A DNA stretch of 59,488 bases, filler included, from Sphacelaria rigidula (GCA_964200075.2; 7 parts of 7 records of this genome joined end to end with filler, not necessarily neighbours in it), one strand, 5' to 3'; shown: positions 22,035 through 34,459, counted from the whole stretch's first letter. Program-made: numbers and translations. Notes: generated by a model from the letters alone, not told the origin.

Positions 22035-23621
22035 TGATTTGCGGGCGCATTCGCGAAGCCGGACATACATCGTGGTGTGGCTGCGACGCTCGTGCGCTTG
22101 CAAGCGTTTTGTGTCTGCCAGGGGATAGAAACTCATGTGCGCGAATTTGTCCGCCAGTGTCTTCTCTGTGCTGACTCGAGGGCGGGCGATGTTACCGTAA
22201 TTGTGCGAGTCATCGCACACCCCCTGGACCGAATTTCAAAGCTCGATCACTCCATGACGAAGAGGGTGCCAATACCAAACGACGCGTTTTTGGACAGCTA
22301 TCGACGAGATCTTTTCAGCGTCACCCTTTTCAGAAGTGGTGCTCTTCTTGTTGTGGAGTACCCGAGCTTTGAAATTTGGTTCAGGGGGTGTGCGATGACT
22401 CGCACAATTACGGTATTCCCCGCCCGCTCGGCGAGATCCATGGGACCACGCAGAATGAAGTCGTTCATTTCGACTTCGTGTACGTGGGCGAGAACGGCAC
22501 GCTAGGTTTCCAAGGTTTGTCGGAGGATGCTCGGTTTCGATACATTTTGGTAATCATGGGTGATTTGAGCAACGTTGTGGCTCTGGAACCAGCAGCAGTG
22601 TGTACTGCTGAATCGACCGCTGCATCTTTGCTGAATTGGTGCAAGCCTTTGGGGATGACGCTTGTGTGGGTGAGTGATACCGCCACGCATTTCAAGAATA
22701 CGATCTTCGCCCGATTGCGAGAGGCTTTGCGCGTTGATCACCAGTTTGCAGTGGCGTATTCTCCGTGGTATAACGGTACGTGTGAACGCATGGTCAAGGA
22801 AGTAGTTCGTGCTCTTCGCTCTATTCTTCTGGAGCAGCGTAGCGCGGTTTCCGATTGGGTGGACGTGTTGCCGGCGGTACAATGAGCGCTTAAAACAGCG
22901 TATCGTCGTGGTTACGATGGCACGCCGTACCACGTGATGTCTGGTCGTGCCCCTCGGGCGTCTTTCTCGGTGCTGGCGTCTTCGTCGGGGGAAAATGGAA
23001 GTGTGATGTTTTGGACGATGTTCAAATTAAGAGTGCATTGCAGGGAGTCTTGGACTTGCAAGAACGTTTCCATATTCAAGTGCAGGAACGTGTTGCCGCT
23101 GAACGTGCGCGTAGACGTGAGGGGTCCTCGCCGGGGCTGGAATTACCGAATGTTCAGGTAGGCGACTATGTCTTCTATGCACGCGTGCATCGTCCGGGTG
23201 TTATACCTAAGTTGATGGCGACTTGGACTGGTCCATGGAGAGTGGTTGGTGCTCATCACCCACATGTGTTTGAGATTCAGAACATTGTTTCGGGTCGTGT
23301 TCAGACCTTCCATGTAGCTCGTTTGCGTTTTTTGCAGACTCGCAGCTTAATGTTACGGCTGAAATTCAGGACGTGTTCCAGCATGCTTTCAATCAGGGGC
23401 ACTCTCAGATGGCTGGTATTGTCCGAGTGGCAAAAGCAGATGCTCGTTCGTTGATCGTGTTGGTCGACTGGGTTGGTTTCGAAGTTGAGGAGCGTACGTG
23501 GGAGCCTTTCAAGGATATTTTTGAGGCCACTCCGGAATTTCCTACGAAGGAGTTGCGTAAACTGCGCGTCACTCGTGCCGTTGCTGCTCGCATTACGAGT
23601 GAGTTAGGTATTCAATTGTGA
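22035..23621 (+). mobile_element. Ty3/Gypsy integrase with C-terminal chromodomain, pseudogenised
   Basis: HHCC remnant (HRGVAAT..VREFVRQCLLC), rve core (HFDF, VSDTATHF, SPWYNGTCERM), GPY/F (KLMATWTGPWRVV) and chromodomain (VLVDWVGFEVEERTWEP); stop at 22883, frameshifts and a MITE insertion. Confidence 0.93.
22195..22413. mobile_element. 219-bp Tc1/mariner-pogo-type MITE with TA target duplication
   Basis: TA|CCGTAATTGTGCGAGTCATCGCACACCCCCTG...CAGGGGGTGTGCGATGACTCGCACAATTACGG|TA; ~50-bp near-perfect TIRs; removal restores GAT GTT ATT CCC (DVIPRPLG). Confidence 0.93.
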
Positions 23622-23686
23622 CTTACTCATCGTTTTGGCCTTTTCTATGTTTCAAGGTTGTTGATCGATTTTCGTCCAACGCGCTT

Positions 23687-23800
23687 CGGGGGTGCTGTGA
23701 CGAAAATACGTCGTACGTTGAGTTGGTAGTGATGATATGGGTAATGACTTGGGGCACGAAGATTCTGGAGGATTCTGGATAATGACCGGGGACACGGAGA
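23687..23800 (+). mobile_element. Probable polypurine tract and start of the 3' LTR (TGTGACG... at 23696); LTR end not determined
   Basis: G-run then TGT ~75 bp after the pol stop; no partner LTR in the contig, so the end coordinate is arbitrary. Confidence 0.5.
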
Positions 23801-24970
23801 TTGTATCTGCAGGTCTAGAAAGCTGGTGCCCTGGAAGGGCACCGCTGAATAATGAGAATGTTGTAAAGGCTGACACCTGAAACTGAGGCCAGTAAGACTG
23901 GGTAGTCCCTCAACAGCAGTGATCCAACAGTGCTTCCACTGGCTGGCTTGATGTGAACTTATTTCCTTCGCAGTGATTGGCCGCAGGTTGTGCCGCGAAA
24001 TGTGCGATCGACGAGCGTGGAGTCCGAAAATACACTGGTCTACACAGCATTGACCGCACCAAACCCTGCGGTACCGTACGTACCGTGTGTTGGAATACAT
24101 GTATGTGTGGCTACCGTGGCTTGTCTAAAAGACACAGTGTTCAACTGTCAACAGACAGGAACAATCGCTTCACCTGGTGAACCCAGCTCTGACAAGAGAG
24201 CTTGCAGAGGCTGCATAGTGCTGGTCATAAACACTTGCTTGTGCTCTGAGAAAAGTACGTTTAAACCTGCCGCTTCATCTGGGCGTTACTCAAATCAAAC
24301 ACAATCAGTCTCTCCTCCATAGAATGCTGATGATAAACTGGTAGGCTTCCTTGAGGTGGGTCGCTTCGTAGAGAGTGATGCTACGGTAGGGGTGCACAAG
24401 TATTTTCTGAGGTTTCAATCATTTGGAGCCCTCTATCTCATCCAAAACACCACGTGCGAAATATGTGAGGGTACGCCAGGAATATTATTTTAATGCGCTA
24501 GAGATATCTCGAATGAATTTGCAAACGGGGATGCCTTGACCTATATTCTTGTGCAATCTAGAATCGCTAGGAGCCCCTGAACCAGACAAGCTTTCGCGTA
24601 AAAAGTGCACTACCGTAGTATTGCTCTGGAGTAAACAGCGGGGGGCTATTTCACGTTGTCGACAAAACTCTTTGAACTATTTATACCTTCGACCCTTCGT
24701 ACTCAACCCTTCACTATTCTGACAATATGCTGACTTTCTGTACGCGAGCTATACAGTACACGAGCTATTCATTATTCTACGATGAATTTATCACTACTTC
24801 GGTTATTCCTACGATCTTTGTTTTAACGATGAACCGTTACTGGTTTTACCGTTAATCGCGAGTATGAATATTCGGAACTGTTATTTATCAAAGTCCAACA
24901 CGCCCTTCGAAATGATATTTCGAATATATATTTATAAAAGAATCACACTCACCCCTATCCAACGCCTATG

Positions 24971-25049
24971 CTGTACTTTACTGTACCTTACTGTACCCTA
25001 CTGTACTTCACTGTACTTCACTGTACCTTACTGTACCTCGCTGTACTCT
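24971..25049 (+). repeat. 10-bp minisatellite (CTGTACYYYA)n
   Basis: Eight consecutive CTGTACnnnn units. Confidence 0.9.
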
Positions 25050-25439
25050 GCTCATGTGTTGTTCAATAATTAACAAAATCCAATACTCGTATCCACTTCG
25101 TTGATGCTGTCGAAGTTGCTAATCTCTGTTCTTGCTCCTCACCCGATCATTGCTCTACTATGCCGTCGATATTGATGCTTCTTCTCTACCATTCACTACT
25201 CTCTACGTTATACCCACAACGTTAGTCCGTAGTATGTTTGTCTGCTGCTTCTTGGTGTCGATGTCGTCGCTGCTGTTACTGACGCTCGAATGCTTCTCGG
25301 ATTTGTCCTTGGTCCGTAATTGTTTTTCGATGGAAATTGACAATCCTGCTGTTTGCATCACTCGGGGTGGTTTGGAAAAAAGCACGATTAAGCGATACTG
25401 GTGGGGTGTGGAGTATTAAGCCTGAGGTGTGCGAGTTAC

Positions 25440-25539
25440 NNNNNNNNNNNNNNNNNNNNNNNNNNNNNNNNNNNNNNNNNNNNTTAATTAATTAANNNNN
25501 NNNNNNNNNNNNNNNNNNNNNNNNNNNNNNNNNNNNNNN
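25440..25539. other. Artificial contig spacer N44-TTAATTAATTAA-N44
   Basis: Same 100-bp linker. Confidence 0.99.
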
Positions 25540-25824
25540 AGTGTATAAGCCGTGGCTGTCTCTGGAAGGGGCGATACCAGACAATAAAGCAACTCATTGT
25601 AGGCGGTCATACAAATGCAATATAATCAGTAGGCTTCGCGCCGAAAATCTTAGTAGGATGCAGCTCACCCTTCCTGCGACTCGCCGAACATACCACGGCG
25701 CTTCGCGCTTCGTGATTGGGTGCGAGCCTGGTTCAGCAAAAACCCGGCGTGCTCCGTCCCGGCTTTGTAGTGATGCGAGGTCAATCGGCTTATGACTATG
25801 GCATGCATGATCATGAGTACACCC
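25540..25824 (+). mobile_element. Family A C-tailed retroposon, 3' half (cut by contig edge)
   Basis: Matches the other copies; ends GCATGATCATGAGTACACCCTCCCCCTCC. Confidence 0.8.
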
Positions 25825-25841
25825 TCCCCCTCCACAAAATT

Positions 25842-26185
25842 CACGGGACGGGACACAAGACCGTTTTATCCTCGAGAAATGAATCAATTCGTTTGCTGTT
25901 ATACCTCAACACCGGTGATTCGTCCTTCGTGAACAAAATTATTGCCTTATCGTACTTGTTTCGGGAGGTTGCACGCATCTTCCTGTGAGGACGGGACAGG
26001 AATTCCCGTCTGTTCCCGTATTTCTTTTGCGACAGGAAACCGTTCGCGTCCCGCCGTTTTGTCAGGTACAGGAAGTCGTTCCCGTTCCGTCCCGTCTTCT
26101 TTTTTGCGACGAGAAAACGGTCCCATTCCGTTCTGTGGTCTTCGGGGGAACGGGAATGTCCGCCCCGTCCCGAAGTCCCGCGAGA
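25842..26185. repeat. Element with multiple CGGGACGG / CCGTCCCG motifs in inverted arrangement (likely non-autonomous DNA transposon)
   Basis: GGGACGGGAC on the left and many CCCGTC/CCCGTT motifs on the right. Confidence 0.5.
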
Positions 26186-26279
26186 ATATGATAATTTATT
26201 ACGGGTACGCATCGATCTGGCCAACCGCTGTTGATATTAGAAAACAAATTAATTACGAACGCTCGAGGCGCCTTCCCCA

Positions 26280-26388
26280 TATGACAGCCGCGAGGCAGTC
26301 TAGCCGAGCCTCTGGGTAATCGGCACACGAACTCGCTTGCGAGGTAAGTGTTGGGTTGGGTTTCCTCCTTCCGTCAAGGAGAAACAAA
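26280..26388 (+). mobile_element. 3' end of an A-tailed SINE/LINE (family C)
   Basis: Homologous to 52849-52982, which ends in a poly(A) run. Confidence 0.7.
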
Positions 26389-26684
26389 TGCCAATGATTT
26401 TCGACCGATCCGAGAACTGCGTGCGCTTCCTTCGGTGACGTCATATCTTTGTTCGGCTCATGAATCTCCAGGAAACTACGAGGAGGGGGGGGAATTCCTG
26501 ACCATATCAACATAACTGCGTGACACCATCCTCGACCAAAGGTCCCTTCGCTCTAAAGGACCGTAGATAACGTCAGCCATCGACCAAGGAAGATTTTCCG
26601 GTCAGATTTCTCGAGTTTTTTGTTCCAGTCAACCAGAAAACTGCCACTTTACATTATCAGAGATGGTCAAACACATGAAATCGT

Positions 26685-28595
26685 CTAGAGCGTCCTACCA
26701 CTGACGGAGTCAAATTGCAAAGTCACGTAGCGCACACCACCATTTTCACCACCACCGCCAGCCCCGACGTTACAGGGTGACACGTCGCTGTCCCATTTTT
26801 TCTCCCCCCGATCATGTTCGCCTCTCTTGGGCATGACCTTCGAACCGCGATACTGCGTCGCTGGTGGTGGTGGAGGTGATGCGATCACCGCTCTCTTTGC
26901 CACGGCCTGTTGTACCCGAGCAAAGCCGGAGACTTCTGCCGGGGAAAGCTCGCCGTTTCGGCCTCGACCGACCAGAACTGCCGCGACAGAGTGCGAATGT
27001 GTTGGGAGATCTGTAACATTCAGGCATTACCACAAGTGCATAAAAGAAGGAGCGAGGACATGTTACAATAACCATGAAGCGGTACATAAGTGGGAGGGGA
27101 AAAACTGGCATGAATCACGTGCGTGCTGCCCACTTGGGAGGAGGTTGTGTGAGCGCCCTGCAACACTACATTTACACGGAGAGAGTGATCGTACTGTACG
27201 GTTTTGGCAGGACGGTGGTGTGTTAGAGTTAGAACTGCTCCTAGATACACACCCTGCAGCCCACGCACTTGTGCCTCGCGCAGCATCGAGCTGCGAGCAA
27301 GCGCGGTATTTATTTCTTGGATCTCTCAAAAGCAACACATCTCCCCCTTACCCACCATCGTACACAACGTAGTCTGCGCCGTAGTTGCTGCCGCCGGAAA
27401 CGTACACCCCCCGTTTCCACAAGTCTTGGAACACGGCCATCGATCTCGCCTGTTCCGGTGTTTCCGGGTATTGCCAGTGCAGTGTTCGTCCGCGGACGTC
27501 CTGACCAGCGGGCACACGATACGGAGGATTAGAGAATTTCACCCCGATGAGTCTGCAAGTGGGCCCTGAAACGCCCAGGCTGTCCATTCGATAAATCGGC
27601 ATCGTTTTGGTGAAAGACTACGAGGCGGAGTGGTCCATCTTGGGCGCTCAAAGGATTCGGTCTACAACATTCATCTACGGTATCTAGATATCGAATTGTA
27701 GTGTCCACGAGGGCGCAGTGATGCCCCAGTCCCCGTTTTCCTGCCTTCCTCTTGCGATCTAACGCTGTCGACGTCCGCAGCTGCAAATTCGAATTTGCAA
27801 CAGTCGGCAGGAAGTAGAGACAACTTCTCACTGTATCATTGCAGAACTCGCGGCTTTCTGGCAGTACGAGGCTACTCAAACGCAGCATACAAACCGCTCC
27901 AAAGGGTAAAAATCGTTGCCTATCTCACCGGCTGTTCTACACTTCCTGGTCGACTAGCCGTTTCGCCCTCGTTGCCGAATCGTACATGTGCCCCATAAAT
28001 GGGGCGGTGGTCTCCATCCTCCCCCCGATTAACCAAGCCCAAATGCACATCGGCAAGATTCCTGCGCAGCACTAAGGTGGCCTGCTCTGGCGAGAGCACG
28101 TACGGTAGGGTGTGCTCCTCTGACCTGTTGCGGGCCGGCCTGCAAATAAAAAGGGAACAGGAATGGCGTGCCCGAACGACAATACTTGTTTTTCCCAGTA
28201 CATTCGACCCGTACTCTTGAAAATCTCCGAGTTTCAACATGGCCAACGGGTGCATGTATGAGAGCAAAACTTTCCTGCACGACCAACCGACTCGAGGTCA
28301 GGCGTTCTCGCCATACGGTACTGATGTGTAGCAGTCGTCGCCTTTGTTGCACCACTCTCGAAATGGTGCACAACTACCCAGTAGTATGGTATTTGCCGCA
28401 AGTGAAGGCATTTTACCTGACACCAATAGGCGCTGCCAGGATGCGATGCTCAGAGAGGAGACAAGTAGCGCTCCCCTCGTCTGTCACGAACATAGCCCCA
28501 TCCACCACATGCACTCTGGGGCAACAGCCTGCCGAGGGGAGGGAAGCGTCACGTCGAACGTCCTCTGCCTGGATACAACCCGGTGAAAGCGGCAT
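26685..28595 (-). CDS. TSEN34: tRNA-splicing endonuclease catalytic subunit, Sen34 type
   Basis: Exons 28595-28417, 28139-27929, (27780-~27679 uncertain), 27500-27356, 27010-26685, GT-AG and phase-consistent. Sen34-like N-terminus (VHVVDGAMFVTD..EHRILAAPIG..LPYVLSPEQATL). Catalytic domain VFQDLWKRGVYVSGGSNYGADYVVY|DDLPTHSHS..GFARVQQAVAKRAVIA with the Tyr-His-Lys triad. Confidence 0.85.
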
Positions 28596-28819
28596 GTAAT
28601 GGAGACATAGTGAGACGGGAAAACTTGTGATTAATACGAGTCTATTTACACACTATAAACTGCACTGTGATTCTATTGCAGGCCGGCCAGCCGGCGGCAA
28701 AAGCACGTCCGCAGAGCAATGAACATGTCGAGTGTTGTTTTCCCACAGGAACCAAGATTTCCGGACACATGCATCGCTGTGATGAACGACTACTCACAAA
28801 AAGAGGCAGCGACAAAAGC

Positions 28820-31050
28820 GGTGAACACGCCACCATCGATCTCGAACGGCTGAAGGTGGAGGACATTCTCCGGGGTGAATTCCAGCATAGGATCCTCAGC
28901 TCCCCCCACCACCATGCCAGGATCGATGGTGGGCGAGATGGCCAAGGAGCCCACGAATACTATGCTATCTGCAGCCGCTGAGACCGCCCCCTGGACCAAG
29001 TGCAAACGAGAACCGAAGGGCTGGTGTACGAGTGAAGAAGATGAGGCGTAGAATTGACGAAGCATGGAGGAAGAGGGAGGCGGCCCGGCGACAACGTCGC
29101 TGTTCCCCAGCGGACACCGCGCTGCAAAGGGAACTGAAGACAGCGGCGAACGAGTTCAACCGGGAGGCAGGATCGTGGGTGAGTTCTTCGAGAGGTAAAC
29201 AATGCATCTCGAGAAGATAAGCCGTGAAAGAGACATGGCCCGTCTTACCAGCGCATGAAGGGGCTGGACGTGGATGGCAAATGATCCTTCGCCTCGGAGA
29301 ACATCAAGGACGAGTGAGGCGAGCTGCTGCGAGACCCTGCGCTCATCCTCGCGCGGTGGGGCAAGTGGTCCCACAAACCACTCAACACCGAGTCGTCAAC
29401 CCTCGAACCTCGAATGGCCGAGCAGGTCAAGCAGCGGCCTGAGTGCGTGCCGGTCGACGATATACCGTTCAGATTCGAGGTCGAAGAAGCGATACGGGGA
29501 ACGGTCAGCACGAAAGCAGCAGGGGCGGACGAGCTTCCGGCGAAGCTTATCAAACTATTCCTCAGACCAAGATGTCCTCTATCGATTCCACGGTATCCTC
29601 GTAACCATGTCGCAGACGGAAGTGGTGCCACACCAGTGGAATGACGCCTCCATTAGGGTGCTGTTCAAAAAGGGGAACACGACGGAGTGTGGCAACTACC
29701 GGGGTATCTTCGTCGTGGCACACGCTGGCAAAGTGATACTCAAGCTCGTAGCCACACGCTTGAGTAAGTACCGCAAGCGTGAGGGCATCCCCCGGAGGAG
29801 GAAAGCGGCCTCCGTCCAGCCCACTCGCCCTACACCACGATGTTTGTGATCCGGCGACTCCACGATCTTGCACGGAAGAATAACACCCAACTCTACGTGT
29901 GATTTGTCGATCTCACCAACGCATACGACTCCGTCGATCGAGGGCTGCTGTGGATCGTGCCCAAGCGATTCGGCGTGCCCCCCAAGATATCGGCGATCAT
30001 CCGCCAGTCCCACGACGGCATGAGGGTGCGTGCGCGGATGGGCGATGAGACGTGCTCCGACTGTTTCGACGTGGGCCAGGGGCTCCGACAGAGGTGCAAC
30101 CTGGCACCGCTGCTGCTAGATCTCTTCTTCGCCGCAATGTTCATCTTGTCAGTAGAAGAGTTTGTCAAGGATGACGAGGTGACGGCGGACATGGCGAAGA
30201 TGAAGAGAAATGCAAGGGAAGAAGGTGAGGTCACGATGGCGGAGTCATTGTTTTGCGATCGCCGGAGAACGTCGAAAACATAAAATCGACCATCGTGCGC
30301 GTTCCGGGTTTGTTCGGACTGGCGGTATCGGGGCCGAAGACGAAGATCATACACTTGCTGTAGACAGGGGTGGAGGAGTGCCTATTCAGGGTCAACGTCG
30401 GCGGTCAGGTATACAATCAAATCAGCAAGGTTGGATGGGAAGAGACTTGGCAAATCGCCTATACCGAGCACGGGGATGAATGGATAGTGGATGTACGACC
30501 GTCGGGAGCTCCCTCCCCGGATCAAAGTACGACCGCTCCAAGCCGAAGTGGCTGAAACCCTCCAGTACGGGTGCGCGATGTAGATCCTGTTGAACAAGGA
30601 ATACGACAGTAGTGCCCACCGCTACTCCCTCACGCGCTGCATCGGGTGGAGCAAGAGGACGCGCACGGACCTCTCTCCGCCCTTCGTTGAGGCACTACTC
30701 AAGGCCGACTGCACCGAGACTCTCGAAGCTACCGCGCGCGAGATGAGACTACCCTTCACGGGATTCGTCAAGCGCACGGAAGACGACCGACTCCCGAAAT
30801 GCCTCATGCTGGGAACGTCGGAGAAGGTAGAGGGGTACAGAGGGAGGCAAGAGCTCGACTGGATGTAATCCCTAGAGCAGGACCTCAGGTTCTTCAACAA
30901 GAAAGAACGTCAAGAGGAGGTGAGGTGGGAAACGAGCGCCAAGGAACCGGAAGAATGGCACGGCAGGTGGAAAAGGGGTCAAAGGTTTCATGGTGAAATG
31001 GCACCGACAAAAATCAGAAGCATCGACAAAGCGCCCTTTGGAGTGAGCAG
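28820..31050 (+). mobile_element. Decayed non-LTR retrotransposon (RTE-type reverse transcriptase)
   Basis: [86 protein letters not shown]; many frameshifts, YADD segment missing. Boundaries approximate. Confidence 0.92.
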
Positions 31051-33344
31051 GAAACGAAACAAACGGACGAACGAGAGAGAGCCCATTTTCCGTTTTTCCG
31101 CTCTGCCTTCAACCCTCCTCCGTTTCCTCGGCACGAGTGCGGAATATCAAAGGATCAACCCACCTCTTCTACCCCTGGTACTTGCGCCACATTTTGGTCT
31201 CGAGGATTTGATCGGTATTCCCGCACCTCGTCGACTCTCGTCAATTTTTTTATCTCTTAATCGCGTCGTCAGGCTAACAAAAACGATACACTGCTAGAAT
31301 ATATATGTCGCGGGATTTGTATCCACAATAACAGCTAGACCACTGGGGCTCGATGAAAATTTGCAACAGGCAGCACGGCGTAGGTTCCGTGTGATTGTTT
31401 TCCAGGTGACTGAATGGCAAATGGTCGTCGTACTATACAGTATCATGTATCTGCAGTGCGGGCAAGGGACTGTAAACCGTCTCTTATGGCGGGCAATCGG
31501 GGTTAGATTTTTGAAGGTGATATGAGTTCAGGTGACTTAGGTGGAGGTGAATTTGCGCAAATCACATGAAGCCAATTCGTGGGGATCTGATGATATGATG
31601 ATGGATTGTTTGGCCGACTGTAGTCACCCGAGCGCACAGATGGTTGCACCAGAAAAATTCGATGACAGAGTAGCTTACCTCACTGTGTGCTTGATGTGTG
31701 TGAGTAAACGCCGTTCAGGAACATGACGAGAATGGCAACATGCTGGCCGAAGCCAAGATAGCTGAAACGACCGTCTTCCTGCCTGCACGTCGATACCGAA
31801 GGCAGTGTTCCATGCCCGGTGTATGCTACGCCCAGATGCGATAGCGACTGTAAATTAACCATGTCGCATGTTGCCAGTTGTCACGGCTGCAAACGTGGCA
31901 CGTCTCAGTTGTTTCTCGAAACTCCACGACCGCGAAGCCGTTTCGGACGAGACTAATAATAGGTTTTCTTAACGGCCTCAGTACCGGTAGTATGTGACTT
32001 ACGCGAGCTGAGATTCCTTCTCGCGATACGTTACATTGTGCACACAAATGGCGCCGCGATGCCTGCACAGGACTCCAAGCTGTGATCGCCAATACACAGC
32101 ACCAAGCGCCCGATTAAGGAGCATGCACCATGCACCATATTCTGGGTGATCAAAAGTGGCGGTGTTCCGGGAAAATCGGAACAATAACATCAGGTGATCT
32201 CAGTGCCGGTGATCTGCCCCGTGATTAGGCTGTTCAGATGAACTTTTCGGCCCAGAGGGGGTGGCCTTAGGCCGCATCTTAACTCTTTTGGGATCGATCC
32301 ACCACAAACACAGTGTTGACCCTGTGTTGGTGAAATAATAGAAAATAAGTCAGGGAGCGAACTGCCCAATCACGGCGAGGCGAAATTTATCGACCAGACC
32401 AGAACGACCAGCGCGGGGATTGTTGTCGAGTGTGATGCCACTGCAAAGATCGTGCGGGGGTCCTATCCCTGGCCCAGATAAGCCTTCTCAGGTTTCCAAA
32501 TGCGGCGTGGTCGCAGCTTGGTTTTATGGTATTACTTGTATTCAGTATAGCGCTCCCGAGATTTTCCGGTTTTTTTTCAAGTCGCAATTCTATTCTTAAA
32601 CGTAGTAATTTCACTAACACAGTGTGGAGTGGGACAAACCGGAAAGGAGTGTACATGCCACAATGTGGTCATTTTCACGTGGCACTAAACCCAGGTGGGC
32701 CGTGGAAAGACAAAAGGAGCTACCGTCATGAATTCTGCTTATCCCTCGGAAGATGACTTGCAGAACACTGTGAACATGTATGTGGTGGGCGGAGATGAAC
32801 AAGCTGTGTATAGGCAACTGGTCTCCGCTGAGAACTGCCCAGAATGTACAAGGGAGTATGCAGCGGTAGCTGCTGCTGCAGTCGGAGAGGCGTACTGCAC
32901 TGTACTGTACTGCATGTATGTGCGCCGCAACGCCCATACCCTTCGAAGGGAATTTTCCGCTTGCAACAAAGGGGGAAATCGCGACCCACCCTGATTCCGA
33001 AGGGCTGTGTAGCAAAGTGATGGGGACAATAATATCATCCAAAAGCCACAAGTGGCGGGCGGCCCGCCGGTCGCCGCATCCTGTTGAGAGCTCTCTACGG
33101 CAACCTATACTGTTCGTTCATCAGATGTACATCACCTGATGCGCACCCCATCCGAATTACAGTTTGTACTTCCACCTGAAAATACATTGGATGAAACTTT
33201 TGGTCTTCCTCCTAAGCCTGCATGCGGCGGTTGTATACGTAGATTTTCACATGAAGCCACTGTTTCGTGCAGACGCCAGACACGTCACTCCTAACCAGCC
33301 TCATTGGTTGTTCTGGAGGCCCGGTCCCAGAAGGGTTACGAGTA

Positions 33345-33481
33345 ATGTTGACACGTTGGAATGACCTGCTCTACTCGTCGAGACCGTTCCAGGGCACCTT
33401 TGCCTTTTGACCACCGGAAAAGGCAAAGGTGCCCTGGAACGGTCTCGACGAGTAGAGCAGGTCATTCCAACGTGTCAACAT
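33345..33481. repeat. Perfect 64-bp-arm hairpin with 9-nt loop
   Basis: 33345-33408 is the exact reverse complement of 33418-33481; loop GACCACCGG. Confidence 0.95.
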
Positions 33482-33952
33482 CAGCCTAACCCTCTTTTCG
33501 GGCATACAACGACGGAGAAAAGCCAAAAAGGAACTTTTGAACAAGATTTTTTTTTACACACAAGAAGTGGCCTCAGGCGGGGGTTTCGCCGGAGATACTG
33601 TAGCTGTGGATGTTTCTATAGGTATGCGCCAATACAATCGTTAGGTCCTGTGCTTCGTGCGTGTGATTGCATGCTCCATCGAGTCTACTGACTTTACAGT
33701 GTCTTGTTTGTTGAGTGGAACTACAATGAAATACGTACAGTAAGGCTGTGAATTGGCAGCTCTGGTTAGTCGGGTTTAAACTGGCCGCACCAGCGGCCAG
33801 AGTCGATGTTCTTCCACTTGATTGGCGAGGCCGATTAGGGGGAAAAAAATAGGCGACGAGCGGCGAAGCCGCGCCCCCCCCCCCCCCCCCCCCCGAACGG
33901 AAAAAAAAGGGGGAAAAAAAAAAATGAAAAAAAAAAAAAGAAGAAAAAAAAA

Positions 33953-34052
33953 NNNNNNNNNNNNNNNNNNNNNNNNNNNNNNNNNNNNNNNNNNNNTTAA
34001 TTAATTAANNNNNNNNNNNNNNNNNNNNNNNNNNNNNNNNNNNNNNNNNNNN
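33953..34052. other. Artificial contig spacer N44-TTAATTAATTAA-N44
   Basis: Same 100-bp linker. Confidence 0.99.
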
Positions 34053-34459
34053 ATGAAGGGTGAGCTGCATCCTGCTAAGGTTGTTCGGCCCGAAGTCTAT
34101 TGATTATCTTGCATTTGGATGGCGGCCTCCAATGAGTTGCTTTATTTTCTGGTGTTGCCACTTCCTGAGAGAGCCATGACTTATGCACTACCTCGTGGGT
34201 GTCTCACCATTGAAACACTACGTAGTACGATCATCCCCATTGTGCGGAGTCTCCCACGCCGCACAACATGATTTAGCTCGACTACCATCGTGGTCACCGT
34301 AAAAAAACGCAAGCGCGCCAAAAAGTCGGTAACCTGGTTGCCTAGCTTACGCAGTGAGTGGCGTCTTTTACAGCGTCATCGCCAACCGACGCCAACCCCA
34401 TTGGGGGTCCGCCCCTACGAAGCCGGGACGGAGCACGCCGGGTTCTCGCCGGGCCAGGC
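34053..34459 (-). mobile_element. Family A retroposon, 5' portion (cut by contig edge)
   Basis: Colinear with 1458-1873 and ends at the same point (GCCGGGTTCTCGCCGG.C.AGGC). Confidence 0.8.

Noticed and set aside
26685-31050. Functional system coupling a tRNA endonuclease with a reverse transcriptase
   Set aside because: TSEN34 is an ordinary intron-containing housekeeping gene, and the RT is a dead LINE lacking catalytic residues; adjacency is expected by chance in a TE-rich genome.
32632-32790. CAP-Gly-like VEWDKPER exon
   Set aside because: Only a few residues match, with no GKHDG motif or consistent continuation.
33830-33952. Lys/Pro-rich ORF at contig end (similarly 8180-8413 and 51077-51290)
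   Set aside because: Homopolymer-rich, low-quality-looking contig-end sequence.
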